This document shows positions 20,417 through 29,621 of a DNA stretch of 64,000 bases, piece after piece. Position 1 is the first letter of the stretch, and each line of letters begins with the position of its first letter. Made by a program: the position numbers and the translations under genes. Below the pieces are notes generated by a model that had not been told where the DNA came from, ran no database searches, and was given only the letters and a program-made list of their open reading frames with translations. This stretch comes from an uncultured virus (IMG/VR IMGVR_UViG_3300022925_000007) (lineage: Duplodnaviria; Heunggongvirae; Uroviricota; Caudoviricetes). The stretch is taken from the IMG/VR virus record IMGVR_UViG_3300022925_000007, one strand, 5' to 3'.

Positions 20417-21636
20417 TGATTCTGGGAAGGCACTCGGAAATACATGAACAAAAAGAAATAAGCGTCCTTGAAGAGGGGATCGACTTTAGGAATCCTCTTG
20501 TCCGCCGCGAGGTGTTTTTCCGTTTTTATCATTTCCACTTGAAGTATAGAGCACATCCTGGTGCCGTTTATTATGTCATGCCATTTCTGTCAAAGAAGTT
20601 TGACTGGAGTTTTGAAGAAAAACTTTGGTTTGCGTTTATCAATGGCGCCACTCAAAACCCATTAACTTCTTGGGTCATCTTCAATCATTTTCCAGACCCC
20701 CACTCGACTACTGTTGATGAGATGGAATTGTGGCACCGCAAATACTGGAAGAACCTAGATTACGACATTGATAGAAGGTATCAAAAGGGTCACTTTGTTG
20801 AGATGTTTGAAGATTATAAAAAGCATCTTGGCGGCAGATCTCAAAAAGAATTTTTCGAATCGCTAGCGAACACCGACGACCCTTATCGCAATTTTCAAAA
20901 TGTGTGGGACTATGTGTTCAACAACTTTTTTATGTACGGTCGTTTGTCAACCTTTTCATATCTTGAATATCTTAAGATCATGGGTTTGAGCATCGACTGT
21001 GACAGTTTATTCATATATGATAAGTCTGGTTCTGCTAGTCATCGCGCAGGATTGTGTTATGTGCTTGGAAGGGATGAGTTTGATGTTCATAAGAACAACG
21101 TAAATATGCACCCTGAAGTTTCAAACGGACACACTAAGGAAATAATGGATTGGTTGTTTGTTGAGGGCGAACTCTTACTAAAAGAGGCAAAGGAAAGGTT
21201 TAGAGGAGAGGAGTTCTTTCATGACGTCAATTATTTCACTCTCGAATCAACGTTGTGCTGCTATAAGTCATGGCATCGTGTCAACAGAAGATACCCCAAT
21301 GTTTACAACGATATGTTCCATGATAGAATAAGAAAGGCAGAAACAAGAGACTGGAGCAAGATAGACGGTTCCGATATAAAATTTGATATTTTCTGGGAGG
21401 CGAGGAAAGAAATGCTTCCAGAAAATATCAGAGTTGAGGACAACCCAAAAGATCCAGGACTTGTGAAGGTGAAACAAAACTGGTATCGTTTGACTGGCGA
21501 GGTTCCTGTTCTAGAACACTTTGACCCTGTTTTCAAATCGTCATTTTCTGATAGGTGGAGACAAATGTCAGTCGAATGGTATAAAGAAAAGATAAAAGAA
21601 GAAACCGACATATCAACACTTGAGGCATTTCTTTGA
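20416..21636 (+). CDS. Amino acid:DNA transferase (aGPT-PPlase family, HhH-glycosylase-like)
   Basis: WFAFING, DRRYQK, GRLSTFSYLEYL, TLESTLCCYK motifs; adjacent to kinase and TET genes. Confidence 0.75.
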   Translation: MILGRHSEIHEQKEISVLEEGIDFRNPLVRREVFFRFYHFHLKYRAHPGAVYYVMPFLSKKFDWSFEEKLWFAFINGATQNPLTSWVIFNHFPDPHSTTVDEMELWHRKYWKNLDYDIDRRYQKGHFVEMFEDYKKHLGGRSQKEFFESLANTDDPYRNFQNVWDYVFNNFFMYGRLSTFSYLEYLKIMGLSIDCDSLFIYDKSGSASHRAGLCYVLGRDEFDVHKNNVNMHPEVSNGHTKEIMDWLFVEGELLLKEAKERFRGEEFFHDVNYFTLESTLCCYKSWHRVNRRYPNVYNDMFHDRIRKAETRDWSKIDGSDIKFDIFWEARKEMLPENIRVEDNPKDPGLVKVKQNWYRLTGEVPVLEHFDPVFKSSFSDRWRQMSVEWYKEKIKEETDISTLEAFL

Positions 21637-22208
21637 TTGTTCGAAAACTAAAAAACAGAGATGAATATGCTAAGTTGGTGACCAAAGAGAATAAGAAAAA
21701 GGATAAGTTCTGCGGCAGGTTTCTCAGCAAAACAGATAAAATGGATGCATGGGACAGAGTCTGGTGTGTTTTTGACCAAGACGATTTAACAATGATGGGC
21801 GCGGTCATGGTTACCGTTGCCAAAAGAAAGGCAGGAAACATTGCTAATCTTCAACTTCTTCACACTTGGTATGATCATAGAAGAAAGGGTGTCGCAAACG
21901 TTCTTGTTCAGAAAGCATTTGAAGTTGCTAAGTCCCAAGCAAAGTATATGAGGATCTCAATGATTGCCGACGAAGGTTCGTTAGCGTTTTATAGAAGCGT
22001 TGGATTTGTTATTATGGGAATGCAGAAAGCAGGGTCTTATTTCTCGATGTGCCGTTTGTCCGGCGATAGTCTTCACGACTCGCACTTTGACTTGATGGAT
22101 CCAGTCATTCGCGGAGTTGCTTGCTCAGGAACAATGGGTTCGGTCGTTAAGTTTCTCGTTGACCTGCCTGAAATGAATCACGAAGAAAATCTTGAATGTT
22201 TGCTTTGA
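21633..22208 (+). CDS. GNAT-family acetyltransferase
   Basis: Motif A RRKGVA and motif B AFYRSVGF. Confidence 0.82.
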   Translation: MIVRKLKNRDEYAKLVTKENKKKDKFCGRFLSKTDKMDAWDRVWCVFDQDDLTMMGAVMVTVAKRKAGNIANLQLLHTWYDHRRKGVANVLVQKAFEVAKSQAKYMRISMIADEGSLAFYRSVGFVIMGMQKAGSYFSMCRLSGDSLHDSHFDLMDPVIRGVACSGTMGSVVKFLVDLPEMNHEENLECLL

Positions 22209-22226
22209 ATGAGGTAGAATAGAATT

Positions 22227-22793
22227 ATGAAATATATCTATCTGATTGGAATCCCTGGGACAGGGAAGACCACCATTATGAAGAGATTCATGGAGTCTCG
22301 AGAATGGAGGCAAGAACGAGTTGTCGATCTTCTCGATACTCACGTCTCGGACAATGTTCGCGTCTTAGGAAAATATGAAGAAAACGAAACTTTTTCTGGC
22401 ACGGATAAACTGAGTATGGCAGTCGCGCCAAAAGTTATTGAGTGGTTAAACACATCCCCCGACGAGATAATCGTCGGCGAGGGAGATCGTCTCAACTCTA
22501 GGGCAGTATTTGAAACAGCAAAGAAAAATGGTGAACTAATAATCGTGCACCTTACAGTTTCTGCTGGAGAAAGAGAACGTCGATATGACCTTCGCGGTTC
22601 TGAACAATCCGAGAAGTTCATCCAAACCACAACAACTAAGTGTAAGAACGTCATCGAAACCTTCGGTGATCAGGATACCCTTTTCGGTGTCGAGAAGGGG
22701 AACGTCGTCGAGTTTGCTCATGAGAACCCTTCAGATACCGACAAAATCGTTGCTTTCCTGAATGAGCAAACCTCCTCCTCGCTAAGTCCCTGA
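22227..22793 (+). CDS. P-loop kinase (putative 5-hmU DNA kinase)
   Basis: GIPGTGKT, LGKY...FSGTD, EGDRL, ERERR lid; operon context. Confidence 0.78.
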   Translation: MKYIYLIGIPGTGKTTIMKRFMESREWRQERVVDLLDTHVSDNVRVLGKYEENETFSGTDKLSMAVAPKVIEWLNTSPDEIIVGEGDRLNSRAVFETAKKNGELIIVHLTVSAGERERRYDLRGSEQSEKFIQTTTTKCKNVIETFGDQDTLFGVEKGNVVEFAHENPSDTDKIVAFLNEQTSSSLSP

Positions 22794-22843
22794 TTTTGTT
22801 AGGGATTTTACTGCTTTACTTTTGACCGTATAGTAGTCATAAT
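22783..22843 (+). promoter_or_regulatory. Early promoter cassette, copy 1 (IHF-like site + TTTACT-N17-CATAAT)
   Basis: TAAGTCCCTGATT (one mismatch to the IHF consensus) starts 32 bp before TTTACT. Confidence 0.8.
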
Positions 22844-22866
22844 ATGACTCAAATATAGGAGTCTTT

Positions 22867-25083
22867 ATGGATATTCACAACAAATCAATCGTAGCAAAAT
22901 TACTCGCGGCAGAGAACATCACTGTCGTGCAGGAAAAGGTATCTACTGCTTCCTTCGATGTCAAAAACCGTGTCCTTAGACTTCCCCTCTGGGCGGACGT
23001 CGAGGATTATGTTAGCGATCACCTGATCGGTCACGAGGTGGGTCATGCACTATACACTCCCCTTGAAGGTTGGCATGAAGCAGTTTGCGGCAAAGGTCGG
23101 GCATACAAGTCATTCCTCAACGTTGTTGAGGATGCGCGTATCGAGCGTTTGATACAGAAAAAGTATCCTGGCCTTCGCCGCAGTTTTATTAAGTCATACC
23201 GCAAACTTCTAAAGGACGGGTTCTTTGGTAAGGACGCAAGCGAGATCAATAAGATGAACCTTATTGACCGCATCAACGTATTCTTCAAGTGCGGCGAAAC
23301 CATCGGCGTTCGTTTTACTGCTGAGGAGCGCGTTTGGTTGGATAGAATATCTGCCGCCGAAACTTGGGAAGACGTTCAGCGCGTGACCGAGGACCTCTTC
23401 GCTTTCTGTAAGGAAAAGGCAGAAGAAGAGCAGCAGCAACTCCAGGAGATGATGACCGCCATGCCCGAAGAAGGCGAGAACGACCAAGAGGACGAAGAAG
23501 AAGGTTCCGGCGATGAATATGACGATGAATATGACGAAGGGGATGACGATGGCATCAATGATGCGTACGAAGACCTCTTTGGCGATGAAAATGACGGCGA
23601 GGAAGGGGCAGGTAAAGAAGGCGGACTAGAGCACTCAATCGCGTCAGAAACTGACGAAGAAGTTCGTAAGGCAATCGACCATATCTATAATGAGGACATT
23701 GCCGGCAATGTCTATAATTACAAACTCCAAGACCTCAAGAAAAACTGGAACGAATATGTTATCAGTTACAAGACGGTTTTGAAAGAGGTGGAATCCAAAT
23801 TAGATCATCCCTATGCTCCAACTAATTCGCTAATGCGTGTTGGTGAGGCATTATATGATGCGTGGTACGTTCAGAATAACAAACTCGTTAATCATATGGT
23901 CAAGGAGTTTGAGATGCGCAAGTCAGCAGCGCAGTATGCTCGTGCTAGCGTATCCAAGACTGGCGTTATCGACACGGTCTTGATGAACAACTACAAAATC
24001 ACCGACGACATATTCAAGAAGGTCACGGTGGTTCCAGAAGGTAAGAACCACGGGTTCATTATGTATTTGGACATGTCTGGTTCTATGAATACCTGTATGA
24101 AAGAGACGGTCGACCAACTGATGTTACTTGCACAGTTTACGCGCAAGATCGGCGTTCCCTTCCGCGTGTATGGTTTTAGCACATATGTGCCGCAAAATTA
24201 TGAGTCAGATGCGACGTCCCGAAGAACCTTGACCAAGGTAGAAGATAAGACAATATGTGTGCACCCCAGGAGCATGAGTCTTATCGAACTTTTTAATGAA
24301 AATATGAGCGGGTTAGAATTTACGACGATGGGTAAGATATTACTCGGTTCATATGTGTCTCGTCAGTCATACCCCTGGGATCACCCCACTCTTGACAGGA
24401 GAGAATTCCATTTAAGGCATGTTCCTCACATGTTGCAGTTGGGCGGCACGCCTCTGGATCATGCTATAACGTTAGGCATACCTCTTGCGCGCGAGTTCCG
24501 CAAGCAAAAGCAAATCGATATACTCAATACCATCTTCCTCACAGACGGCGCTTCTCACCCCATGGGCATATGGAATGCTGATGAGACGATTGAGGGAGGT
24601 CGCTACATCGACTGGTTACCAAGATATAAAGATTGCTATCTGACCATTGGTTACGAGAACAAACTTTACCGTCCGTCGGTGCAGAAATTCTCCGGCAGGG
24701 TCGACTGGACGAGTTGCCTTATGGAGATCTATCGCGAGGCGACAGGCAGCATTAACGTTGGTTACCGCATAGTAGAAAATGGTCCGCGAGCGGTTGAGCG
24801 CGAAGTATCCAACAGCAAGCGTGTTCCTTTCCTGGATTTTGAAACTGCACAAAAAGTAACAAAGCAGTATAAAGAGAAGGGATATGTGAGTGTTCAGGAT
24901 AACCGTGGCACCGACGAGCAGTTCTTCCTGCCAATGAAAATGTTGCGCATCGCCTCGAGCAAGATGGATGATATAAAAGAGAACGCCACGAAAGCACAAA
25001 TACGAACTGCGTTTAAAAAGACTAACACTAGTAACAAGTCATCGCGTTTGATGCTTGTAGAATTGATGAAGAGGGTAGCATAA
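22867..25083 (+). CDS. CobT-like protein: HExxH metallopeptidase + acidic linker + VWA domain
   Basis: HEVGH, NVVEDARIE, MIDAS DMSGS, GGTPL, LTDG. Confidence 0.82.
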   Translation: MDIHNKSIVAKLLAAENITVVQEKVSTASFDVKNRVLRLPLWADVEDYVSDHLIGHEVGHALYTPLEGWHEAVCGKGRAYKSFLNVVEDARIERLIQKKYPGLRRSFIKSYRKLLKDGFFGKDASEINKMNLIDRINVFFKCGETIGVRFTAEERVWLDRISAAETWEDVQRVTEDLFAFCKEKAEEEQQQLQEMMTAMPEEGENDQEDEEEGSGDEYDDEYDEGDDDGINDAYEDLFGDENDGEEGAGKEGGLEHSIASETDEEVRKAIDHIYNEDIAGNVYNYKLQDLKKNWNEYVISYKTVLKEVESKLDHPYAPTNSLMRVGEALYDAWYVQNNKLVNHMVKEFEMRKSAAQYARASVSKTGVIDTVLMNNYKITDDIFKKVTVVPEGKNHGFIMYLDMSGSMNTCMKETVDQLMLLAQFTRKIGVPFRVYGFSTYVPQNYESDATSRRTLTKVEDKTICVHPRSMSLIELFNENMSGLEFTTMGKILLGSYVSRQSYPWDHPTLDRREFHLRHVPHMLQLGGTPLDHAITLGIPLAREFRKQKQIDILNTIFLTDGASHPMGIWNADETIEGGRYIDWLPRYKDCYLTIGYENKLYRPSVQKFSGRVDWTSCLMEIYREATGSINVGYRIVENGPRAVEREVSNSKRVPFLDFETAQKVTKQYKEKGYVSVQDNRGTDEQFFLPMKMLRIASSKMDDIKENATKAQIRTAFKKTNTSNKSSRLMLVELMKRVA

Positions 25084-25661
25084 TGGCGAATCATGTAAAT
25101 TCTTATTTGAGGTTCGAGTCAATCAGCGATGATGGCAAGAAAAGATTGAAGGAGGTTATAGACCTTATAAAGTCAAGAAGCGACCACATATATGAGCACC
25201 ACTTGGCGCTTTTTGCAAACGAATCGCTCGATGGTGTTGACATCAATTGGATGTGTGATAATGTTGGAGCGAAGTGGGCATATGCTACGGATATGGATGA
25301 GGACGGAATATCAATGTACTCAGCGTGGTCCCCGACCTCTGCCTTTTGTAAATGGTTGGTCGAGTATATCGGCGAGGTCGATGATTCGGTGACGGGGACT
25401 CACACGTATGAGGATGAGATGCCCAACTTTATCGGCGTTGACATATATGATGCCGGTGGTCACTTCGACGGCATTGAAATCGACAGCGAAGAAATGTTCG
25501 AGGAGATTACCACTGAGCACCCCGACTTACTTGAACTCTGGGACGAAGAAGAAGAATGCTGGAAGGATGACGGCGAGCAATACCAAGAAGTCCTATATGA
25601 TTGGATCGCCGACTGGCAATGGCGGCAAACAAAGTGTATGCTTGAGGCAGTGCCCTCCTAA
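25083..25661 (+). CDS. Hypothetical acidic protein (YubB/DUF1281-like ferredoxin fold possible)
   Basis: MANHV...GAKWA...SAWSP...YEDE. Confidence 0.55.
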   Translation: MANHVNSYLRFESISDDGKKRLKEVIDLIKSRSDHIYEHHLALFANESLDGVDINWMCDNVGAKWAYATDMDEDGISMYSAWSPTSAFCKWLVEYIGEVDDSVTGTHTYEDEMPNFIGVDIYDAGGHFDGIEIDSEEMFEEITTEHPDLLELWDEEEECWKDDGEQYQEVLYDWIADWQWRQTKCMLEAVPS

Positions 25662-25719
25662 GTCATTGATTTTGCTATGAATTATTATGCTTTACTTTGA
25701 CCCTATATTGAGGCATAAT
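25659..25719 (+). promoter_or_regulatory. Early promoter cassette, copy 2
   Basis: TAAGTCATTGATT; TTTACT 25691; CATAAT 25714. Confidence 0.85.
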
Positions 25720-25753
25720 AGTATTTCTAGTTGAGTGGTTGAGGAGAAAAGTT

Positions 25754-25954
25754 ATCAAAAACCTTAAAGAAAAGCGTATTCAACAGATTTTAGCATTAAA
25801 ACCCGCCGCCATAGCAGCAGGTTACGAATACCCCGAATATCACGCGGGGACGGAAAAGGCATTACGAGATTATACCCTAGAAGATTTAGAAGATTTTAGG
25901 GTAGATTTAATAGACCACCTAGTAGATACCAACCATTACTACGGAGGGGTATAG
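25754..25954 (+). CDS. Small hypothetical protein with apparent ATC start; ORF contains no TG
   Basis: GAGGAG SD 7 nt before ATC; open frame to TAG; the in-frame TTG at 25739 has no good SD. Confidence 0.55.
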   Translation: MKNLKEKRIQQILALKPAAIAAGYEYPEYHAGTEKALRDYTLEDLEDFRVDLIDHLVDTNHYYGGV

Positions 25955-26018
25955 GGGAAGCGGAATAACGCATGACGCGTTGTATTGATTGAGAAGAAAG
26001 TAGTTATGGAGATATATT

Positions 26019-27167
26019 ATGAGCGATAAATTATTTGAAGCACTGGTCAACGTATACGGCAACGAACCGCGTGTACTCACCAAAGCAGAGATACGCCAAG
26101 TGGCGATCGATAATGGCATTAAGTCCACCCAGTCACTTCTGAAAACCATGGGTCGCGTATCGCGCGGCAAGTATCAGTTCCCCCCATCATCGGGTAACAA
26201 TGTTGTGCCCATCCCCAAACCAACGGAGGCATCCACATTGACCAGTACTGGCGACAATGGTTTTACCGATAACCTGATTCCTCAGGCGGACGACCTGTTC
26301 GTTCCGTTCGGTAACTACAAAATGGTGCGTGACGTGATCAAGTCGCGTATGTTCTATCCTATGTTCGTCACGGGTCTATCCGGCAACGGCAAAACTCAGA
26401 TGGTGCTCCAGGCATGCGCCGAAACGAAACGCGAAGTGATTCGCGTGAACTTCACGATCGAGACTGACGAGGACGACCTCATCGGTGGTTTCCGTTTGGT
26501 GAACGGCGAGACCAAGTTCTTCAAAGGACCAGTGATCAAAGCGATGGAGCGTGGCGCTGTCCTGCTCTGTGATGAGATCGACCTCGCTAACCCAGCGAAG
26601 GTAATGTGCCTTCAGTCTATCCTCGAGGGTTCGGGTTACTTTATCAAAAAGACTGGCGAGTACATCGCTCCCGCTCCTGGGTTCACCGTAATCTCCACCG
26701 CCAACACCAAAGGTAAAGGTTCGGAGAACGGACAGTTCATCGGTACTAATATCATGAACGAAGCATTCCTAGAGCGGTTCCCTATCACCTGTGAGCAGTC
26801 GTATCCGACCGTTACAGTGGAGCGCAAGATACTCGATAGGGTATTCGCCTCGGTGGGCAAAACCGCTGACAGCGATCTTGAGTTCGCTCAGAAGCTCGTT
26901 GACTGGGCGGATATAATTCGTAAGACTTACTATGACGGTGGCGTGGATGAGATTATCTCAACTCGGCGTCTCGTGCATATCGTGCGCGCCTATGCCATCT
27001 TCGGCAAGCGCGACCGTGCTATCGAACTCTGCATCAACCGTTTCGATGATGAGATCAAGGATGCTTTCTTCTCCCTCTACGAAAAGATAGACGCTGACGT
27101 TGCTGGTGCATCTGAAGAAAATTCAGATAATGACTTTACTTCTGATTCTACATCAGTAGAATATTGA
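26019..27167 (+). CDS. cobS: CobS-like MoxR/AAA+ ATPase
   Basis: GLSGNGKT, LCDEID, TANTKGKG, NEAFLERF, ISTRRL. Confidence 0.9.
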   Translation: MSDKLFEALVNVYGNEPRVLTKAEIRQVAIDNGIKSTQSLLKTMGRVSRGKYQFPPSSGNNVVPIPKPTEASTLTSTGDNGFTDNLIPQADDLFVPFGNYKMVRDVIKSRMFYPMFVTGLSGNGKTQMVLQACAETKREVIRVNFTIETDEDDLIGGFRLVNGETKFFKGPVIKAMERGAVLLCDEIDLANPAKVMCLQSILEGSGYFIKKTGEYIAPAPGFTVISTANTKGKGSENGQFIGTNIMNEAFLERFPITCEQSYPTVTVERKILDRVFASVGKTADSDLEFAQKLVDWADIIRKTYYDGGVDEIISTRRLVHIVRAYAIFGKRDRAIELCINRFDDEIKDAFFSLYEKIDADVAGASEENSDNDFTSDSTSVEY

Positions 27168-27191
27168 TATTGCTTGAGATTGGAGAACATA

Positions 27192-27875
27192 ATGCAATTA
27201 ACTGATAAAACTATCACCCTGCTAAAGAACTTTGCCTCGATACAACCCAACCTTGTGGTTACGAAAGGCAATACTATCAAGACCATCGCAGAAGCGAAGA
27301 ACATCATCGCGAGTGCTACTCTTGAGCAGGAGTTTCCTGTTGACTTCGGTATCTATGACCTCGATGAGTTTCTCGGCGTGATTGACTTGGTCGACTCGCC
27401 GACCCTAGTCTTCGATGACGATTACTTGACGGTTAGCGATTCGAACGGCACGTCCAAGGTTCGGTATTACTACTCGGCGGCAGATAACCTGACGACCATG
27501 AGTAAAGAAGTTAGCATGCCCAACACGGTTATCGAGTTGAAGTTGACCAAGGCAACCTTGGAAAAGATTCGCCGTGCTTCTGCTGCTCTGGGTCATGATA
27601 AACTGTTGATTCAGGACAACGACGGTTCTATTTCTTTATCGGTTACTGATCTGAAGGATGATACCTCCAACTCCTTTACGATTGAGGTTCCTGGAACGTA
27701 TGAGGAGGGTGCTAAGTTTAGTATGCTAATCAATATAGCGAACTTCAAGTTAGTACCTGACGATTACACCGTATATCTTGCGGATAAACTAATCTCGAAA
27801 TTTGAGAGTGCTTCGGGTGATGTCAACTACTTAATTGCTCTCGACAAATCATCAACATACGAAGGAGGTAATTGA
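27192..27875 (+). CDS. gp45: Sliding clamp
   Basis: LKNFASIQ, FGIYDLDEFL; upstream of gp44. Confidence 0.93.
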   Translation: MQLTDKTITLLKNFASIQPNLVVTKGNTIKTIAEAKNIIASATLEQEFPVDFGIYDLDEFLGVIDLVDSPTLVFDDDYLTVSDSNGTSKVRYYYSAADNLTTMSKEVSMPNTVIELKLTKATLEKIRRASAALGHDKLLIQDNDGSISLSVTDLKDDTSNSFTIEVPGTYEEGAKFSMLINIANFKLVPDDYTVYLADKLISKFESASGDVNYLIALDKSSTYEGGN

Positions 27876-28087
27876 TGACAAACAAAAAGCAAGTGAATGA
27901 AGAGATGAACGAAATTGTTGATCTCTCCAATCGAGCGTCACGCAGCATGATTGCTGTGATTGACACCATGGTTCAGCGCGGTGCCGTTCGCGGCGAAGAA
28001 CTATCTACCATTGGTCAACTGCGCGATCAATGTGTACAAATAGCACAAATGTGCGAAAACCAACATTCTCAAACAGAGGAATCATAA
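27875..28087 (+). CDS. Hypothetical protein
   Basis: GGAGG SD; IDTMVQRGAVRGEEL. Confidence 0.65.
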   Translation: MTNKKQVNEEMNEIVDLSNRASRSMIAVIDTMVQRGAVRGEELSTIGQLRDQCVQIAQMCENQHSQTEES

Positions 28088-28089
28088 TT

Positions 28090-28335
28090 ATGTCACAATC
28101 AGCTAAACTCCTGAACATTCTGACGTCTGGCCAGCAGGTTACTGCTAAGCAGATCCGGAACCGCACTGGCGCAAAGAACCCTTACGAGGCAGTTCGTTCG
28201 CTACGTGAAAAGGGATACGCCGTCTATTGTAACGAGCGTACCAATTCAAAAGGTGAGACGAAGTCTTTCTACCGATTGGGTACACCTACTCGCGCAATGG
28301 TCGCGGCAGCATACGCCATGGGCGTGAGTGCTTAA
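28090..28335 (+). CDS. Small winged-HTH DNA-binding protein
   Basis: TAKQI...VRSLREKGYAVY...YRLG. Confidence 0.65.
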   Translation: MSQSAKLLNILTSGQQVTAKQIRNRTGAKNPYEAVRSLREKGYAVYCNERTNSKGETKSFYRLGTPTRAMVAAAYAMGVSA

Positions 28336-28352
28336 AGCACCAACAGTGAAAC

Positions 28353-28373
28353 GGGGAGCGATGCTCCCCTTTT
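28353..28373 (+). terminator. Rho-independent terminator
   Basis: GGGGAGC-GAT-GCTCCCC-TTTT. Confidence 0.85.
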
Positions 28374-28396
28374 ATTTTCTTTGAGAAAGGTATATT

Positions 28397-29335
28397 ATGA
28401 ATCACGATTCTTTGTGGGTTGAGAAGTATCGTCCTAGAACTGTCGACGATTGTATTCTCCCCAATAATCTAAAAGAAACTTTCAACAACATTGTCCGGAC
28501 GGGTAAAATACCCAACATGCTTTTTACTGGCACGGCAGGGTTGGGTAAAACCACCATCGCGCGTGCTATCTGCGATACGCTAGACCTTGACTATATTCTT
28601 ATCAATGGATCGGAGCAGGGCAACATTGATACCCTGCGTGGTAAGATTAAGCAGTTCGCCTCCTCGGTTTCGCTCTCCGGTGGATATAAGGTAGTCATCC
28701 TTGATGAGGCAGACTATCTGAATCCACAGTCTACGCAACCTGCGCTTCGCGGATTCATCGAGGAGTTCTCTGATAATTGTCGATTTATCTTAACATGTAA
28801 TTTCAAAAACCGTATAATTGAACCGTTACATTCAAGATGCGGTGTCTATGAGTTCAACACGAACAAGCAGTCAATGGCAGACCTCTGCCCTGCCTTTATG
28901 AAACGACTGCAGTTTATCTTGAAGGAAGAGGGGGTCACCTATAGTAATGACGTCCTAGCGAACCTGATAATGCGTTATGCGCCCGACTGGAGGCGTATCA
29001 TAAACGAGTGTCAGCGTCACTCGGTAGACGGCGAACTCAGGGTAGAAGTGTTGAGCAAAGGCAGTCAGCAGGAGTATGATAACCTGTTCGCCTGCCTCAA
29101 GCAAAAGGACTTTAAGAAAATGCGACGTTGGGTGACTGATAATGTTGACGTTGACGCAACGTCTATCTTCCGTGGCGTGTATGATAATATGTACGACTCG
29201 GTGGCGCCCAATAGCATACCGCAGTTGGTATTGATACTGGCGGACTATCAGTTTAAGCAAGCATTCGTTGCGGACACTGAGTTGAATCTGGTTGCCTGTT
29301 TTACGGAGGTCATGGCAAATGTCGAGTTCGCCTAA
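28397..29335 (+). CDS. gp44: Clamp loader large subunit
   Basis: LWVEKYRP, GTAGLGKT, DEAD, SRC. Confidence 0.96.
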   Translation: MNHDSLWVEKYRPRTVDDCILPNNLKETFNNIVRTGKIPNMLFTGTAGLGKTTIARAICDTLDLDYILINGSEQGNIDTLRGKIKQFASSVSLSGGYKVVILDEADYLNPQSTQPALRGFIEEFSDNCRFILTCNFKNRIIEPLHSRCGVYEFNTNKQSMADLCPAFMKRLQFILKEEGVTYSNDVLANLIMRYAPDWRRIINECQRHSVDGELRVEVLSKGSQQEYDNLFACLKQKDFKKMRRWVTDNVDVDATSIFRGVYDNMYDSVAPNSIPQLVLILADYQFKQAFVADTELNLVACFTEVMANVEFA

Positions 29336-29621
29336 GATCAATTACAAGTTTTGCGAAGATAAGTTGATCGCCGAGTTCAGTAAGTATATCGACACAACGT
29401 ATTCCGGTCACTATGGTCAGGGTGGACTCCAGTCTGCCGAGATTATAGTTGATCGCGGTCATGGCATGGGGTTCTTTTCTGGTAACATCGACAAGTATAA
29501 CGATCGCTATGGTAAGAAAGGCGATAACCCTGAGGACTGGCGCAAGGATATACTGAAAACCATTCACTATGGGTTTCTTAAGTTGTATGAGCACGATCGC
29601 GTCCATGGGCGTTGTAAATGA
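29319..29621 (+). CDS. Hypothetical protein (DUF3310-like)
   Basis: TYSGHY, GNIDKYNDRYGKK, DILKTIHY. Confidence 0.65.
   Translation: MSSSPKINYKFCEDKLIAEFSKYIDTTYSGHYGQGGLQSAEIIVDRGHGMGFFSGNIDKYNDRYGKKGDNPEDWRKDILKTIHYGFLKLYEHDRVHGRCK

Noticed and set aside
26019..27167. cobS as an auxiliary cobalamin-biosynthesis gene
   Set aside because: No cobN or other cob genes; the partner carries a peptidase domain, so a MoxR/VWA role is more parsimonious
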